The position numbers and the translations under genes were made by a program. A DNA stretch of 64,000 nucleotides from a virus (taxonomy: Duplodnaviria; Heunggongvirae; Uroviricota; Caudoviricetes). Shown here in pieces: positions 6,826 to 15,995 of the stretch. The stretch is from positions 39,062 to 103,061 of the IMG/VR virus record IMGVR_UViG_3300020576_001727; one strand, written 5' to 3'. Under the pieces are notes generated by a model that saw only the letters and a program-made list of their open reading frames with translations, was not told the origin of the DNA and made no database searches. Each line of letters begins with the position of its first letter. Within the stretch, counting starts at the first letter, position 1.

Positions 6826-9800
6826 ACTTCATCGATCTTCGACCAATAGGTAGGCATATTGACAACTCCCGACACATGCGAGTCTCTTGCATTTGCCGGG
6901 TTTTGTCCTTTGCTTTGACGGTTGACGGCGGCAAGGCTTCCGGACATTCTTTTGTGAGTATTGCCTTGGACCGTGCCAACTTTTTCGTCTGGTTTAGGCA
7001 TAGCGGCTCTTGCCCGGGCAACTGACATTTCCCGTTCTTTTTCACGCTGTTTCTTCGCGTTTTCCTCTGTCTCTCTAGCTCGTCTTTCGATATCCTCCTG
7101 TCTAGGCGGAACAAGCGATTCGGCTTCCGTTGCCTTTTTCATCTTGCGAAACAATGGATGCTTTTCTAGTCCTGTTTGACCGGCAACCAATTCAAAATCG
7201 GGAACAAGCTTGCCGTTTTTGTCCAAGCGAAATTTCATCGCAGAAGGCTTCATCTTGACTACATCGGGAGTCGATTTCTTGGCTTCTGTTTCCTTTTTCC
7301 AAGTGGATAGATTGAAGCCGGATCGTTCTTTCCGCCCTTCAGCAGCGGCTTGGGCGACCCAACCATCGCCTTTTCCAGCCGAACCCCATGTTGCCTCTTT
7401 TCCGAAACCAACATGCAAGGTGTTTCCTCCCATATATTCATTACCCGCACCGATGCCGGTTGCTCCTGCTTTAGAAGCATTTCGGACAAAAGCTTGCATG
7501 ACAGCACGATCATCCGGATTGTTGAAATCCAGTTTCTTTCCACCTCGCCACAAGACAAGATCGGCAGCATTTCCATTATCGTGTCGAGTCGATCCTGTTC
7601 TTTTTCCTCGCGTGCCGATTGCATCTTGTCCGCCTGAAGTGACTTCGACCTTATCGATTCCCGATTGGCTTCCCGCATAATTCAGAACGTCTGATAGATT
7701 ATCAGAGATTGGCTTATCTCGGATTTTACCCTGATTGGACATTTGAACGAAAGAATTCGTCATTGGTTTGCTGGGGTTGACAGGATCGAATTTCTTGTTT
7801 GTCGAAATTCGCGCATCCGGATTCAGCAGAGTATCAAAGGTTGATTTGGACTTGTCCGATAGTTGTCCCGGTTGTGTCGCATATTCCTGATTTCGAGCAA
7901 GGTTGGCACGATAAGCGGAATCGATATCCGAAACCGACTTCTTTTGCAAAATCTGCCAAGTCGTATCCATTCCCATTCCCCCCAAACCGGAACGAATGTG
8001 TTCAGTATTGCCCGCTTTCAAATCCTCGTCCAGATTGCGTCCACCTGTTCGTCTTGCATAGTCTTTTTGGGCAAGGAAATAAGCGGCGCTATCCTGATTT
8101 TTTGCACTAAAGTCTGTAATTGGATTGTCTGGATTCTCTCGATTATAGCGACGAACAACGTCCTTCCATGTTGTCTTTGTGAACTGATAGCGTCCAGCCG
8201 CCGTGGAATCAGGAGTTCCGAAGATTTCAGGATGCTTTGACATGTCGGTAAATTTCTTGCCGCCGACAATCGTGTTGTAATCAGGCGATTCCCAATAGTT
8301 TCCGCCCGAAGTGGCATTACCCATTGCCAATGTGTCCAGAAACGCTCTTTGATGAACCGGCAGATTTGTATCAGCAGTCGAAATGACTCTTCCCTTGGCA
8401 TCTGTCAGCATCGAACCCGCGCCTTGACTGATTCCGGCATTTCGACTTTTGACGTTGGTAATGGTCGATTTCACGTCCTTTCCCGGCATCATTGGAGTAT
8501 TGGAGAACAAACGCGCTTCCGTTCTCTTTCTCTGTTCATACTGGCGAGCAATTGTCGAGGAAGGTCCGTTTCTTCCATCATTCTCCTGTCTCGGATCACT
8601 GGTTGAATATCCATTATACGAACCATCATAGGTTGTTCTTGGAGAGAAACCATTTCCTGAATATTGTCCGCTCATCTGTGGAGCAAGATACGTTCCCATG
8701 CCGGTATCGAACCCACCAAACAGACGCTTGTAACGAATGGAATTGGTTGGATTGATATTGTTGTCACCAAATCGATATTCGATATTATTGGACTGTCTCT
8801 TTTGAGGCATGAAATAGAAGGCTGAATCATCCGATGCATTCTGATTGGAGACAGACGGATTCTTGGGAGCGAATCTATTCATTCCATTTAGCATATTCTG
8901 GATTGTAGAAGGCTTGGAAACCGCCTTGTTTGGCTTCAGGAGGCGTCTTGGCTTAGGACCGGGAGTAAGACCTTCCAAAGCAGCCAATTCGCGCTGGTAA
9001 CGCTCTAAATCCTGTAGAGCCTTGGTATAACGGTTATGATATCTCTTTTGCCATTCGGGAGATTGGGACAGATGATAGGAAATGCCTTCACGAAGCACTG
9101 ATATTTTTTGCTTCAATTCAAGGATTTTTTGTTCTTTAATGGCATTATCAGGCTTAAGCATTCGTCTTGGCTTAGGACCGACTTCATCACTTGTTGCCAA
9201 GTTTGGAGGAGTCATTAATGGCGACAAATTAGTTCCGTTGAATTCTCTTTGACGAATGATTCGATCCAGAGAAGTATCACGTTCTCTTTCTTGGGAATGA
9301 CTTGGTGTCTTCTTGATGCCAAACAGCTTTTCCAACCCTTCGCGGTATTTCTTTTGATTTGCTACCTGTTCTTCAAAAGTATCACCGGGAGTATCACCAA
9401 GAGATTGAACACCTAACCCGAAAGAAGCCATCCAAGTAAATGCTCTTGCCATCAACCCAAGTTCCGCTCCGGTTGGCATTTTGAACCCCTTGCCTTTTTT
9501 ATTACCCGGAATGTCTAAATCAGGAAAAAAACTGGTTCCCGACCCTCTTGAAATATTCTTTGATAGTTTTTCCAGCATCTTATGAGTAGTGATACTGTAA
9601 TCAAGCAACTTATTAAGGCTTTTATTAGCCGAATCCAGCTTGTCATCTACTACGGCAATAGCTCTATTCGTATAATTTTGAGGATTGCTTATCTCTGTGC
9701 TGACGGCTTGACGAACTTCTCTTTCAATTTTGTCACCAAGCGCAAAAACGATGATTCTTGCCAGACGTTCAGGAGTGCTTTTTTGCCCCTTTGATGTCCC

Positions 9801-10010
9801 TCCTGCCATTGGTGCGCGTTGAATGGACGATGATTTTCCTGAATGATTGTCTCGCATCTGTTTGACGCGAGAAGACATAGCTTCACGATCGCGCCGAAGC
9901 ATTTCCGCTGCTTCTCTCGCATTTTCATCGATATCTCTCTGTTTTCGATCCTCGATAACGGCTTTCTTTTCGGCTCTTTTGTCGAGTAGGTATCTAAGGA
10001 ATTCGCTCAT
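6822..10010 (-). CDS. Tape measure / baseplate hub (gp29-like) with lambda-type lysozyme and M15-like peptidase domains
   Basis: 1062 aa immediately downstream of gp26/gp51. Lysozyme motifs AFLDTLA...ESPDYNTIVGG...STAAGRYQFTKTTW...NQD. Peptidase motif RHDNGNAADL...LHVGFG. Confidence 0.75.
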   Translation of the reverse strand: MSEFLRYLLDKRAEKKAVIEDRKQRDIDENAREAAEMLRRDREAMSSRVKQMRDNHSGKSSSIQRAPMAGGTSKGQKSTPERLARIIVFALGDKIEREVRQAVSTEISNPQNYTNRAIAVVDDKLDSANKSLNKLLDYSITTHKMLEKLSKNISRGSGTSFFPDLDIPGNKKGKGFKMPTGAELGLMARAFTWMASFGLGVQSLGDTPGDTFEEQVANQKKYREGLEKLFGIKKTPSHSQERERDTSLDRIIRQREFNGTNLSPLMTPPNLATSDEVGPKPRRMLKPDNAIKEQKILELKQKISVLREGISYHLSQSPEWQKRYHNRYTKALQDLERYQRELAALEGLTPGPKPRRLLKPNKAVSKPSTIQNMLNGMNRFAPKNPSVSNQNASDDSAFYFMPQKRQSNNIEYRFGDNNINPTNSIRYKRLFGGFDTGMGTYLAPQMSGQYSGNGFSPRTTYDGSYNGYSTSDPRQENDGRNGPSSTIARQYEQRKRTEARLFSNTPMMPGKDVKSTITNVKSRNAGISQGAGSMLTDAKGRVISTADTNLPVHQRAFLDTLAMGNATSGGNYWESPDYNTIVGGKKFTDMSKHPEIFGTPDSTAAGRYQFTKTTWKDVVRRYNRENPDNPITDFSAKNQDSAAYFLAQKDYARRTGGRNLDEDLKAGNTEHIRSGLGGMGMDTTWQILQKKSVSDIDSAYRANLARNQEYATQPGQLSDKSKSTFDTLLNPDARISTNKKFDPVNPSKPMTNSFVQMSNQGKIRDKPISDNLSDVLNYAGSQSGIDKVEVTSGGQDAIGTRGKRTGSTRHDNGNAADLVLWRGGKKLDFNNPDDRAVMQAFVRNASKAGATGIGAGNEYMGGNTLHVGFGKEATWGSAGKGDGWVAQAAAEGRKERSGFNLSTWKKETEAKKSTPDVVKMKPSAMKFRLDKNGKLVPDFELVAGQTGLEKHPLFRKMKKATEAESLVPPRQEDIERRARETEENAKKQREKEREMSVARARAAMPKPDEKVGTVQGNTHKRMSGSLAAVNRQSKGQNPANARDSHVSGVVNMPTYWSKIDEV

Positions 10011-10240
10011 TTCTTGATCTTCTTAACTATTGATTGAGTGTCTTTCATCGCGTTCATGTGATCGACCATTCGAATGCGGTCTTCTTCCATTTGCACTTTG
10101 ATCAAGTCGGTATAAACCAATCTTTCCCAAGGCATGATATTATCAAGATAATCGATATTGAAACCGTGACTCTTCTGTAGTGCCAGATTGGATTTATAGT
10201 GGTTCAGCAGGTTGTCATGCTGAACCGTTAGACGAAAAAA
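10007..10240 (-). CDS. gp51: gp51-like hub/tail assembly protein with no start codon, the predicted -1 frameshift extension of gp26
   Basis: Reads HDNLLNHYKSNLALQKSHGFNIDYLDNIMPWERLVYTDLI, the gp51 pattern. The first ATG is within the MPWER motif. Not in the ORF track. Confidence 0.8.
   Translation of the reverse strand, partial: FFRLTVQHDNLLNHYKSNLALQKSHGFNIDYLDNIMPWERLVYTDLIKVQMEEDRIRMVDHMNAMKDTQSIVKKIKK
10201..10240 (-). promoter_or_regulatory. -1 programmed ribosomal frameshift signal
   Basis: Slippery heptamer T TTT TTC (10240-10234), 7-nt spacer, and a perfect 9-bp stem GGTTCAGCA/TGCTGAACC with an 8-nt loop (10226-10201). Confidence 0.75.
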
Positions 10241-10950
10241 TCCATTAGACTATCCATCTTGATATGATGTTCTGTGCCACAATTCACGCATTTATGGGTC
10301 TTTTCAATAACCAGATCGGGCATATTCGAAACATAATCAAGTATTTTCTTGAATGTCACTCTGTCCAAATCCAGTATCCATGTCTTGAATTCTTCAAAAG
10401 TAACGTCTTTTCGGCTGAATACTGTCTCGTCGCTATAAACACTTTCCATACTGTAATAGATCGAAGCGATATCCTGATCAATCTCGGAATCGTTTGGATT
10501 GTAATTGAGAGTGGATTCAAACGAAGTAGGCTTTAACTTGATGCCAACGCCTTTGGTGATTTCAATGGTCTTGGTCTTTTCAACTTCGCCGTCCAGTTTT
10601 GCGTCTCTCAAATCGATTGTAATCTCGAATGGAGTATCACAAGACTTTTCGTCCTTGACTGTCTGACAAGTGAAGTTCTGTGCAGCCTTTTCCCCGACCG
10701 ATTTTGATCTTAATGACAAAAGCAGGAAGTCAGCATCGATATTCGAAAGATTGATTACGTCGAAATTCGGTTCAAGCACGCACGCATTCATGACTTGTCG
10801 AGTAGCAGCGGCGACTTGTTTTACATCTTCGGATTGAGCCGCCATCAACAGAATTCGGTCTTCCTTGACTAGGTAGGATCGACATTCGAGTTCTTTTCCA
10901 GATAGTGGTAATTTAACAAAAAATGTTTGAAAGGCAATTTTAGGTAGCAT
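10228..10950 (-). CDS. gp26: Baseplate hub assembly protein gp26
   Basis: N-terminal MLPKI...LPLSGKELECRSYLVKEDRILLMA, then LRSKSVGE, two Cys pairs, and C-terminal DFFV. Confidence 0.9.
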   Translation of the reverse strand: MLPKIAFQTFFVKLPLSGKELECRSYLVKEDRILLMAAQSEDVKQVAAATRQVMNACVLEPNFDVINLSNIDADFLLLSLRSKSVGEKAAQNFTCQTVKDEKSCDTPFEITIDLRDAKLDGEVEKTKTIEITKGVGIKLKPTSFESTLNYNPNDSEIDQDIASIYYSMESVYSDETVFSRKDVTFEEFKTWILDLDRVTFKKILDYVSNMPDLVIEKTHKCVNCGTEHHIKMDSLMDFFV

Positions 10951-11483
10951 TAATATTCCTCTGTAGGTTGCATAGTGAAGTCTGTATAGGTGAATTGAAC
11001 CATTGTTCTCAAAAAGCCATCATCCGCCCATGACAGCGGCAAAGGCATGACACTGACTGGATAGGCTTTCTGAATCACTGTCTTGTGGATGATAGGTCCG
11101 TCATCACGTATTTTTTCGATAGTAATACGTGCTGCATATTCATCACGAAACGCCAGATCGTAAGACCCATTCCCGATTATGTATCGAAACCATTTATAGA
11201 AATAATCTCTCTCTTCCATGTTTTCTTGGGTTAGGAAGGTAAGAGTCAAGTCTGAATAAGACGTGATATTCGGTGTCTTGAACGATGGTCCATAGTAACG
11301 AAAATCCATTGTGTTCAAGGATTGTCCTGCCAATTCAGCATCCGAACAAAGCATCTTTCCACCTTGGGGAAGAGTGCCGATTTCGTTTTGAAGATTGGCG
11401 GGAGGCAATATCAATGTCTGGAATTTAGCGGCTTTGGCTAATCCGCGTCGAAACGAGGAACGGAATTCTTCAAGGTCGGACAT
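10950..11483 (-). CDS. gp54: Tail tube initiator (gp54/gp19-like fold)
   Basis: Tube-family motifs: GLAKAAKF, LCSDAELAG, YYGP..KTP, LTLTF, F.KW. Confidence 0.7.
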   Translation of the reverse strand: MSDLEEFRSSFRRGLAKAAKFQTLILPPANLQNEIGTLPQGGKMLCSDAELAGQSLNTMDFRYYGPSFKTPNITSYSDLTLTFLTQENMEERDYFYKWFRYIIGNGSYDLAFRDEYAARITIEKIRDDGPIIHKTVIQKAYPVSVMPLPLSWADDGFLRTMVQFTYTDFTMQPTEEY

Positions 11484-12081
11484 TGTTCTTCTTTCTCGAA
11501 TCTCTCCATACCTTGGCAGTCGTCGCCTTTTCGAAGTTCTGCAATGGTAGGAACAAAGCGTTTTCCCATTCGTTCGGGAATATCTTGATAAATTGGCTTC
11601 GGACGTGTCCAGCCAGATAACGCTTGACAGTGGGTTGAAAATATTGGCTGAAAGACTTGATCTTTTGATAGCTCAATTTCAGCTTGGTTGTCTGATCGTA
11701 TCTCTTGTTATTAGCGAGCGAACTAAGTTCTCCCAATAGAACGATTCTGCTTTTATAGTCGAGATAATGGAAATTCAGACCTAGAAAGCCATCGTCATAG
11801 ATTTCAATAGGAAAGACCAAAGGAAAGGTGTCATAGTAAGGCAATGTTTTCTTGTGTTTTGGATCATATACAAAGAAATACATGTTTCCGATGACATGAT
11901 TTGAATCTTGTCTTAAAGAGTCTGCCATTAACTCCTGTTTGACTACGCCATGCGCTTTTCTCGAAATTGTTTTCTTGTTTCCGGTCGCAACCAACTTGTC
12001 ATGAAACCATGTCAAGGAACGTCGAGTCTTGTCTCGTAACTGTGAATATGTTTGGTGTTTGTATTTGTCCGGATCGATCAT
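11470..12081 (-). CDS. gp2: DNA end protector protein
   Basis: GNMYFFVYDPKHKKTLPYYDTFPLVF...GLNFHYL. Confidence 0.92.
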   Translation of the reverse strand: MIDPDKYKHQTYSQLRDKTRRSLTWFHDKLVATGNKKTISRKAHGVVKQELMADSLRQDSNHVIGNMYFFVYDPKHKKTLPYYDTFPLVFPIEIYDDGFLGLNFHYLDYKSRIVLLGELSSLANNKRYDQTTKLKLSYQKIKSFSQYFQPTVKRYLAGHVRSQFIKIFPNEWENALFLPLQNFEKATTAKVWRDSRKKNNVRP

Positions 12082-12086
12082 GCCAT

Positions 12087-12094
12087 TATTTATC
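12087..12094 (-). promoter_or_regulatory. Late promoter (GATAAATA), 5 nt before the gp2 ATG
   Basis: Matches the T4-type TATAAATA core. No room for an SD. Confidence 0.6.
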
Positions 12095-12103
12095 GAACGG
12101 CTA

Positions 12104-12132
12104 TTGACATTGGAATTTTTTTCTGCTATATT
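12104..12132 (+). promoter_or_regulatory. Early promoter of the cassette between gp2 and gp4
   Basis: TTGACA (12104-12109), N17, TATATT (12127-12132). Shares TTGACATTGG...GCTATATT with the 3276 promoter. Confidence 0.8.
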
Positions 12133-12158
12133 GAAAATGTAAACAGGAGATTGAAGTC

Positions 12159-12347
12159 ATGCGCAAGATCAATGAACTTGAACTGAATCGAACCGACATT
12201 TTCGACGAGACTCGTCTTGACGGTTATACAGCACGTCAGTTGGATTGTATCATTAAGAAATTCACAGAACGTGCTCTCCACGGTGACTTTTGGGCATTCC
12301 AAGTAGCCATTGCCGCTGCTCAAAAGAAAATTTCCGAAAAGGTATAG
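12159..12347 (+). CDS. Hypothetical early protein
   Basis: AGGAG SD, first gene after the promoter. Confidence 0.65.
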   Translation: MRKINELELNRTDIFDETRLDGYTARQLDCIIKKFTERALHGDFWAFQVAIAAAQKKISEKV

Positions 12348-12362
12348 CAGGAGATTGAAATT

Positions 12363-12539
12363 ATGGCAATGTTTTTGGCAGTCTTGTCTTTCCCGTTCTG
12401 GTTTTTCGGGATTGCATTTGTCTTGGCGGCTTTGACCGGTGGAGTCACGGTCAACAAGCGCCCTGGCACTGGCGGCGATCATTTCTTCGCGTTTGTCATC
12501 GGTGTGGTTCTGTTGGTCATCGCATGGATGATGGTATAG
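12363..12539 (+). CDS. Small membrane protein with two predicted TM helices (58 aa)
   Basis: AGGAG SD. MAMFLAVLSFPFWFFGIAFVLAALTGG...FFAFVIGVVLLVIAWMMV. Below the ORF-track size cutoff. Confidence 0.7.
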   Translation: MAMFLAVLSFPFWFFGIAFVLAALTGGVTVNKRPGTGGDHFFAFVIGVVLLVIAWMMV

Positions 12540-12554
12540 AGGATCGAAATCAAC

Positions 12555-12749
12555 ATGCGCTATCATGTTTTTGGACAGGAATCGATTTACAAAGGAATAC
12601 GCTTGGTTCGTTTCCTGAAAGGAAGCGGCGGTGATTTCCGTTGGATTGGTGAAGTTGGGAAGGAAGACGATCCTCCCGCCAATCAATTTCTTTACAATAT
12701 CAACGAATTGCTCGAAAACAATTGGGTTTTCATTGAAGAAATGAACTAA
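12555..12749 (+). CDS. Hypothetical early protein
   Basis: GAGGA SD. 64 aa. Confidence 0.65.
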   Translation: MRYHVFGQESIYKGIRLVRFLKGSGGDFRWIGEVGKEDDPPANQFLYNINELLENNWVFIEEMN

Positions 12750-12774
12750 AGCGGCTTCATTGCCGCTTTTTTTT
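12748..12774. terminator. Bidirectional intrinsic terminator
   Basis: AAAGCGGC-TTCATT-GCCGCTTT followed by a T8 run, between convergent genes. Confidence 0.8.
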
Positions 12775-13216
12775 ATACCAAGAAATCCTCTGTCACCACA
12801 ACAAATTCCCAACCTTTTTCTTTGCAGAATTTGTTGGCGGCTTCGAACTTCGCGTGATTGACCGCGTAAGTTGCCATTTCTTCCATCAATCGCTTGGTCA
12901 TGGTCTTGCCTTCAGGCATCATTGTCTGTTTCTTTGGCTTGACTTCAATGATTTTTATCTTCACGTTGCCTTGGGTATCCTTCATTTTTACGATAAAGTC
13001 GGGGAAGTATCGATGCACTTTTCCATCAACGGGAGATAAATAAGGTATTACAAGTTCTTCCGAACCATAGGCAATAACGTTAGCGTTATTATCCAAATAT
13101 TCCATAACCTGTTTCTCCCAAAGGGAACGAAACACTATCTTATTAACATCACCGATATACTTTTTTGGATGTTTGGGAGTAAATATACCTTTGTATGATC
13201 TAACGCCTTTGCTCAT
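12773..13216 (-). CDS. gp4: Head completion nuclease
   Basis: YKG.F.PKHPKKYIGD...RSLWE...SEE..IPY.SP.DG..HRYFPDF...IEVKP. Confidence 0.93.
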   Translation of the reverse strand: MSKGVRSYKGIFTPKHPKKYIGDVNKIVFRSLWEKQVMEYLDNNANVIAYGSEELVIPYLSPVDGKVHRYFPDFIVKMKDTQGNVKIKIIEVKPKKQTMMPEGKTMTKRLMEEMATYAVNHAKFEAANKFCKEKGWEFVVVTEDFLV

Positions 13217-13230
13217 AAATATTATTTATA
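13214..13230. promoter_or_regulatory. Back-to-back late promoters for gp4 and gp48
   Basis: CATAAATA on + (13214-13221) and a TAAATA-type element on - at about 13223-13230. Confidence 0.6.
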
Positions 13231-13246
13231 CAAACCGGATGGAAAA

Positions 13247-14098
13247 ATGCCAATAATCTCATATCGAAACAGTTTTGTCGATACCAATAATCCCAATTTT
13301 GCAATATTGAACGCGGAAGCGAAGCAGATTCCGCAAATATACTCGTTTCCCAAAGGTGTGAACGAGTTTCCAGTGCCGGGACAACCTTCGAATCACTCGA
13401 TCATCTTCACTGCCAATGAATTCACCAATTTCTTTACGTCTGGCACGCTGGCAACAGCCGAAGAACGAGACAAGAACAGAACGGCTCGTATCAAGAAAGC
13501 GAAAGCAGCATTTTCGTTCTATATGCCAAATCCAATGATATTCACCAACACAATCGATTATATGCAAACAAATCTGACAGATAGATTGTTGTCGGGAGTG
13601 CAATCAGCCGTGAACAATAAGGGATTCGACACTCTCTTGAACGATGGGCAAACAGCAGTCAAGTTGGCTGGTTATTCGATCAATCCCAAGGTCGAAGTCA
13701 TTTTTGACAATATTCCCCAACGTCAATATTCATTCGAGTTCATGTTCGCGCCTGTTAATGAAGCGGAGACAAACGAGCTAAAGAAGATGATTCAACAATT
13801 GCGAGCAACAGCCGCTCCAAGACGTTCTGTTGATGGTAAAGGCATTGGACCGCAATTGTTGAACACATTCGTTTGGTCCGCTCCTGATACCATTGACGTT
13901 CAATTCTTTCATAATGGAGTGGAGAACACGAATATACCAAAGATCGATGAATGCGTTATCGAGCAAGTTGACGTTGACTATTCCCCGGGTGGGCAATGGG
14001 TCACTTTTCGTAATGGTTATCCAGTCCAGATCAGAATGAGACTTAACTTGCGTGAACGTGATCCTAATGACCGCGCAATGATCGAAAGAGGTTACTAA
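13247..14098 (+). CDS. gp48: Baseplate tail tube cap
   Basis: NPKVEVIF....RQYSFEFMFAP.NEAE...P..F.VQF...CVIEQVDVDYSP. Confidence 0.85.
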   Translation: MPIISYRNSFVDTNNPNFAILNAEAKQIPQIYSFPKGVNEFPVPGQPSNHSIIFTANEFTNFFTSGTLATAEERDKNRTARIKKAKAAFSFYMPNPMIFTNTIDYMQTNLTDRLLSGVQSAVNNKGFDTLLNDGQTAVKLAGYSINPKVEVIFDNIPQRQYSFEFMFAPVNEAETNELKKMIQQLRATAAPRRSVDGKGIGPQLLNTFVWSAPDTIDVQFFHNGVENTNIPKIDECVIEQVDVDYSPGGQWVTFRNGYPVQIRMRLNLRERDPNDRAMIERGY

Positions 14099-14766
14099 TG
14101 TTCTTTGGATATTTTCCTGTCACAACATATGGAAAGAATACAGTAACCGACATTCTTTTTCGAACCAAGTTCAAGGATATCGTCAAGAACGAGAATGTTG
14201 TCTATTATCTCTATTCAGTGAGAGAACAAGACACGCCTGAATCAATTGCCTTGAAATATTATGGTGATCCTCTAGCTCATTGGGTTATTCTCTATGCCAA
14301 TGATATTGTCGATCCTTATTACGATTGGGTTCTGACAGGCAAGAACTTTCACAACTTCATTCGAGACAAATACGGCTCGATTGAGTGGGCAAAGACCAAC
14401 ATTCACCATTACGAGAAAGTAATTCGTTCTCGCGATACCAATTCAAACAAGTGGACAGAGACGAGACAATACGTCGATTTGGCAGATGCCAGAACAAACG
14501 ATGCTGAAGACCTGCCTTACGATACCTATTCAGAACTTGCCGAAACCTATTATCCTAACATATCCGGGCTATTCAAGAATGGAAGTGCAGTTGAAATTGT
14601 TATTTCCAAGGAAGCAATTACCTATTATGATTGGGAAAATGCAGAGAACGAGAAGAAAAGAAATATTCGTCTAATAAAGAAAGAGTATTATCCTCAAATT
14701 CAATCGGAAATGAATAGCTTTGTTCAGGGACGCAACACATTCTTTCGTGATTTGCGAGGCTTCTAA
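14098..14766 (+). CDS. gp53: Baseplate wedge subunit
   Basis: MFFGYFP..Y...TDIL.R, LysM-like E.DTPESIA.KYYGD...HWVILYAN.IVDPYYDW, IHHYE. Confidence 0.9.
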   Translation: MFFGYFPVTTYGKNTVTDILFRTKFKDIVKNENVVYYLYSVREQDTPESIALKYYGDPLAHWVILYANDIVDPYYDWVLTGKNFHNFIRDKYGSIEWAKTNIHHYEKVIRSRDTNSNKWTETRQYVDLADARTNDAEDLPYDTYSELAETYYPNISGLFKNGSAVEIVISKEAITYYDWENAENEKKRNIRLIKKEYYPQIQSEMNSFVQGRNTFFRDLRGF

Positions 14767-15992
14767 TGTCTATCATCAATCCCGAAGCTTTAACTGGATT
14801 TACAATCGATACAGACGCCAATATCGATCTTCTGAAAGAAACCAGTATAACAGGCATTTCGATCATTGAATCGCTTATGTCACCTACCATCGAATTCAAT
14901 ATCGAAGTCCAGTCCTATCGTCACAATGGCTATGTCAAAGACCTTGACAAGTATGCAGGAGCTAATCTGTTTTTTCGAGCAAAAAGACCGATCTTGGAAA
15001 AATTCGGTTATATTCCTGATTTCGCATTTAATGGCAAGGTCTTTCGAGTATCGGAACGAAAGCCAATATCAGATCAGGTCGATTCATTCTCAATCATCGG
15101 TTCAGATGAAACAGTCTTTCGCAATGCGTCCCGTCGAATGTCCAAGTCTTGGAAATGCGTTCCGCCTCATGTCATAGTTGCCGATGCTCTGAAAGGTTGT
15201 GTCGGTGTTCCCAAGTTGATTGTGGAATCGGCTTCGCCAGTTCGCACCTATTTTGCTGAAAATATTCATCCTTATCAGGTCGTCGCGCAACAATCAGACG
15301 TTGCCTTGGCAGGGGGAAACGATCCGTCTTTTCTTCATTATATGACAACGGAAGATTTGGTTGGAACACACAGATTTGAATCCCTGTATGGAATGACTCG
15401 AAAGAACCATATCGCGGAATTCGCATATTCCGAACAAGGTCGAGTTGCGCAAGTCTTTGAGAATCCAGACTCGATTTTGAGCTATGAATTTCCTTGTGAT
15501 TTCGATCTTATTGCCGATTTGATGAATGGAGTGGACGGCTCGAATGACTTCAATTCTTTGTTGCTGATTAATCCGTTCAATGGCATTCATTCGATCATTG
15601 GAGGAAATAATTCCCAATGCGGAATGGGAGGCGGGGAAGGTGACGTTTCTTTCACCAATCAGGGTTCAGCCGCAAGTGAGCCGAATTGCGAAATCGATGT
15701 AGAGCGACACAAGCTGAAGAGAACGGCAAGACTGTCTCTATTGGATGCGGACAAGGTTGCTCTAAGAATGACAGTTGGATTTCATCCGAGCTTACACGTA
15801 GGGAAGATGATCAAGGCTTCTTTCCCAAACAAGATATATAAATCGACAGACCAAGTTGAAGTCAATGATGATTATGGCACTGGTTATTATTTGATTTCGG
15901 CTTTGACTCACACTTTCAAGACTGATGGAATGGCGACAACAACTATCGATTGCTTGTCCAAATCGGTCGGAAATGGACAGACATTAGGATAA
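14766..15992 (+). CDS. Baseplate hub protein (gp27-like)
   Basis: 408 aa between gp53 and gp5. C-terminal LHVGKMI...GTGYYLISALTHTF as in tail-D/gp27 hubs. Confidence 0.6.
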   Translation: MSIINPEALTGFTIDTDANIDLLKETSITGISIIESLMSPTIEFNIEVQSYRHNGYVKDLDKYAGANLFFRAKRPILEKFGYIPDFAFNGKVFRVSERKPISDQVDSFSIIGSDETVFRNASRRMSKSWKCVPPHVIVADALKGCVGVPKLIVESASPVRTYFAENIHPYQVVAQQSDVALAGGNDPSFLHYMTTEDLVGTHRFESLYGMTRKNHIAEFAYSEQGRVAQVFENPDSILSYEFPCDFDLIADLMNGVDGSNDFNSLLLINPFNGIHSIIGGNNSQCGMGGGEGDVSFTNQGSAASEPNCEIDVERHKLKRTARLSLLDADKVALRMTVGFHPSLHVGKMIKASFPNKIYKSTDQVEVNDDYGTGYYLISALTHTFKTDGMATTTIDCLSKSVGNGQTLG

Positions 15993-15995
15993 TAA

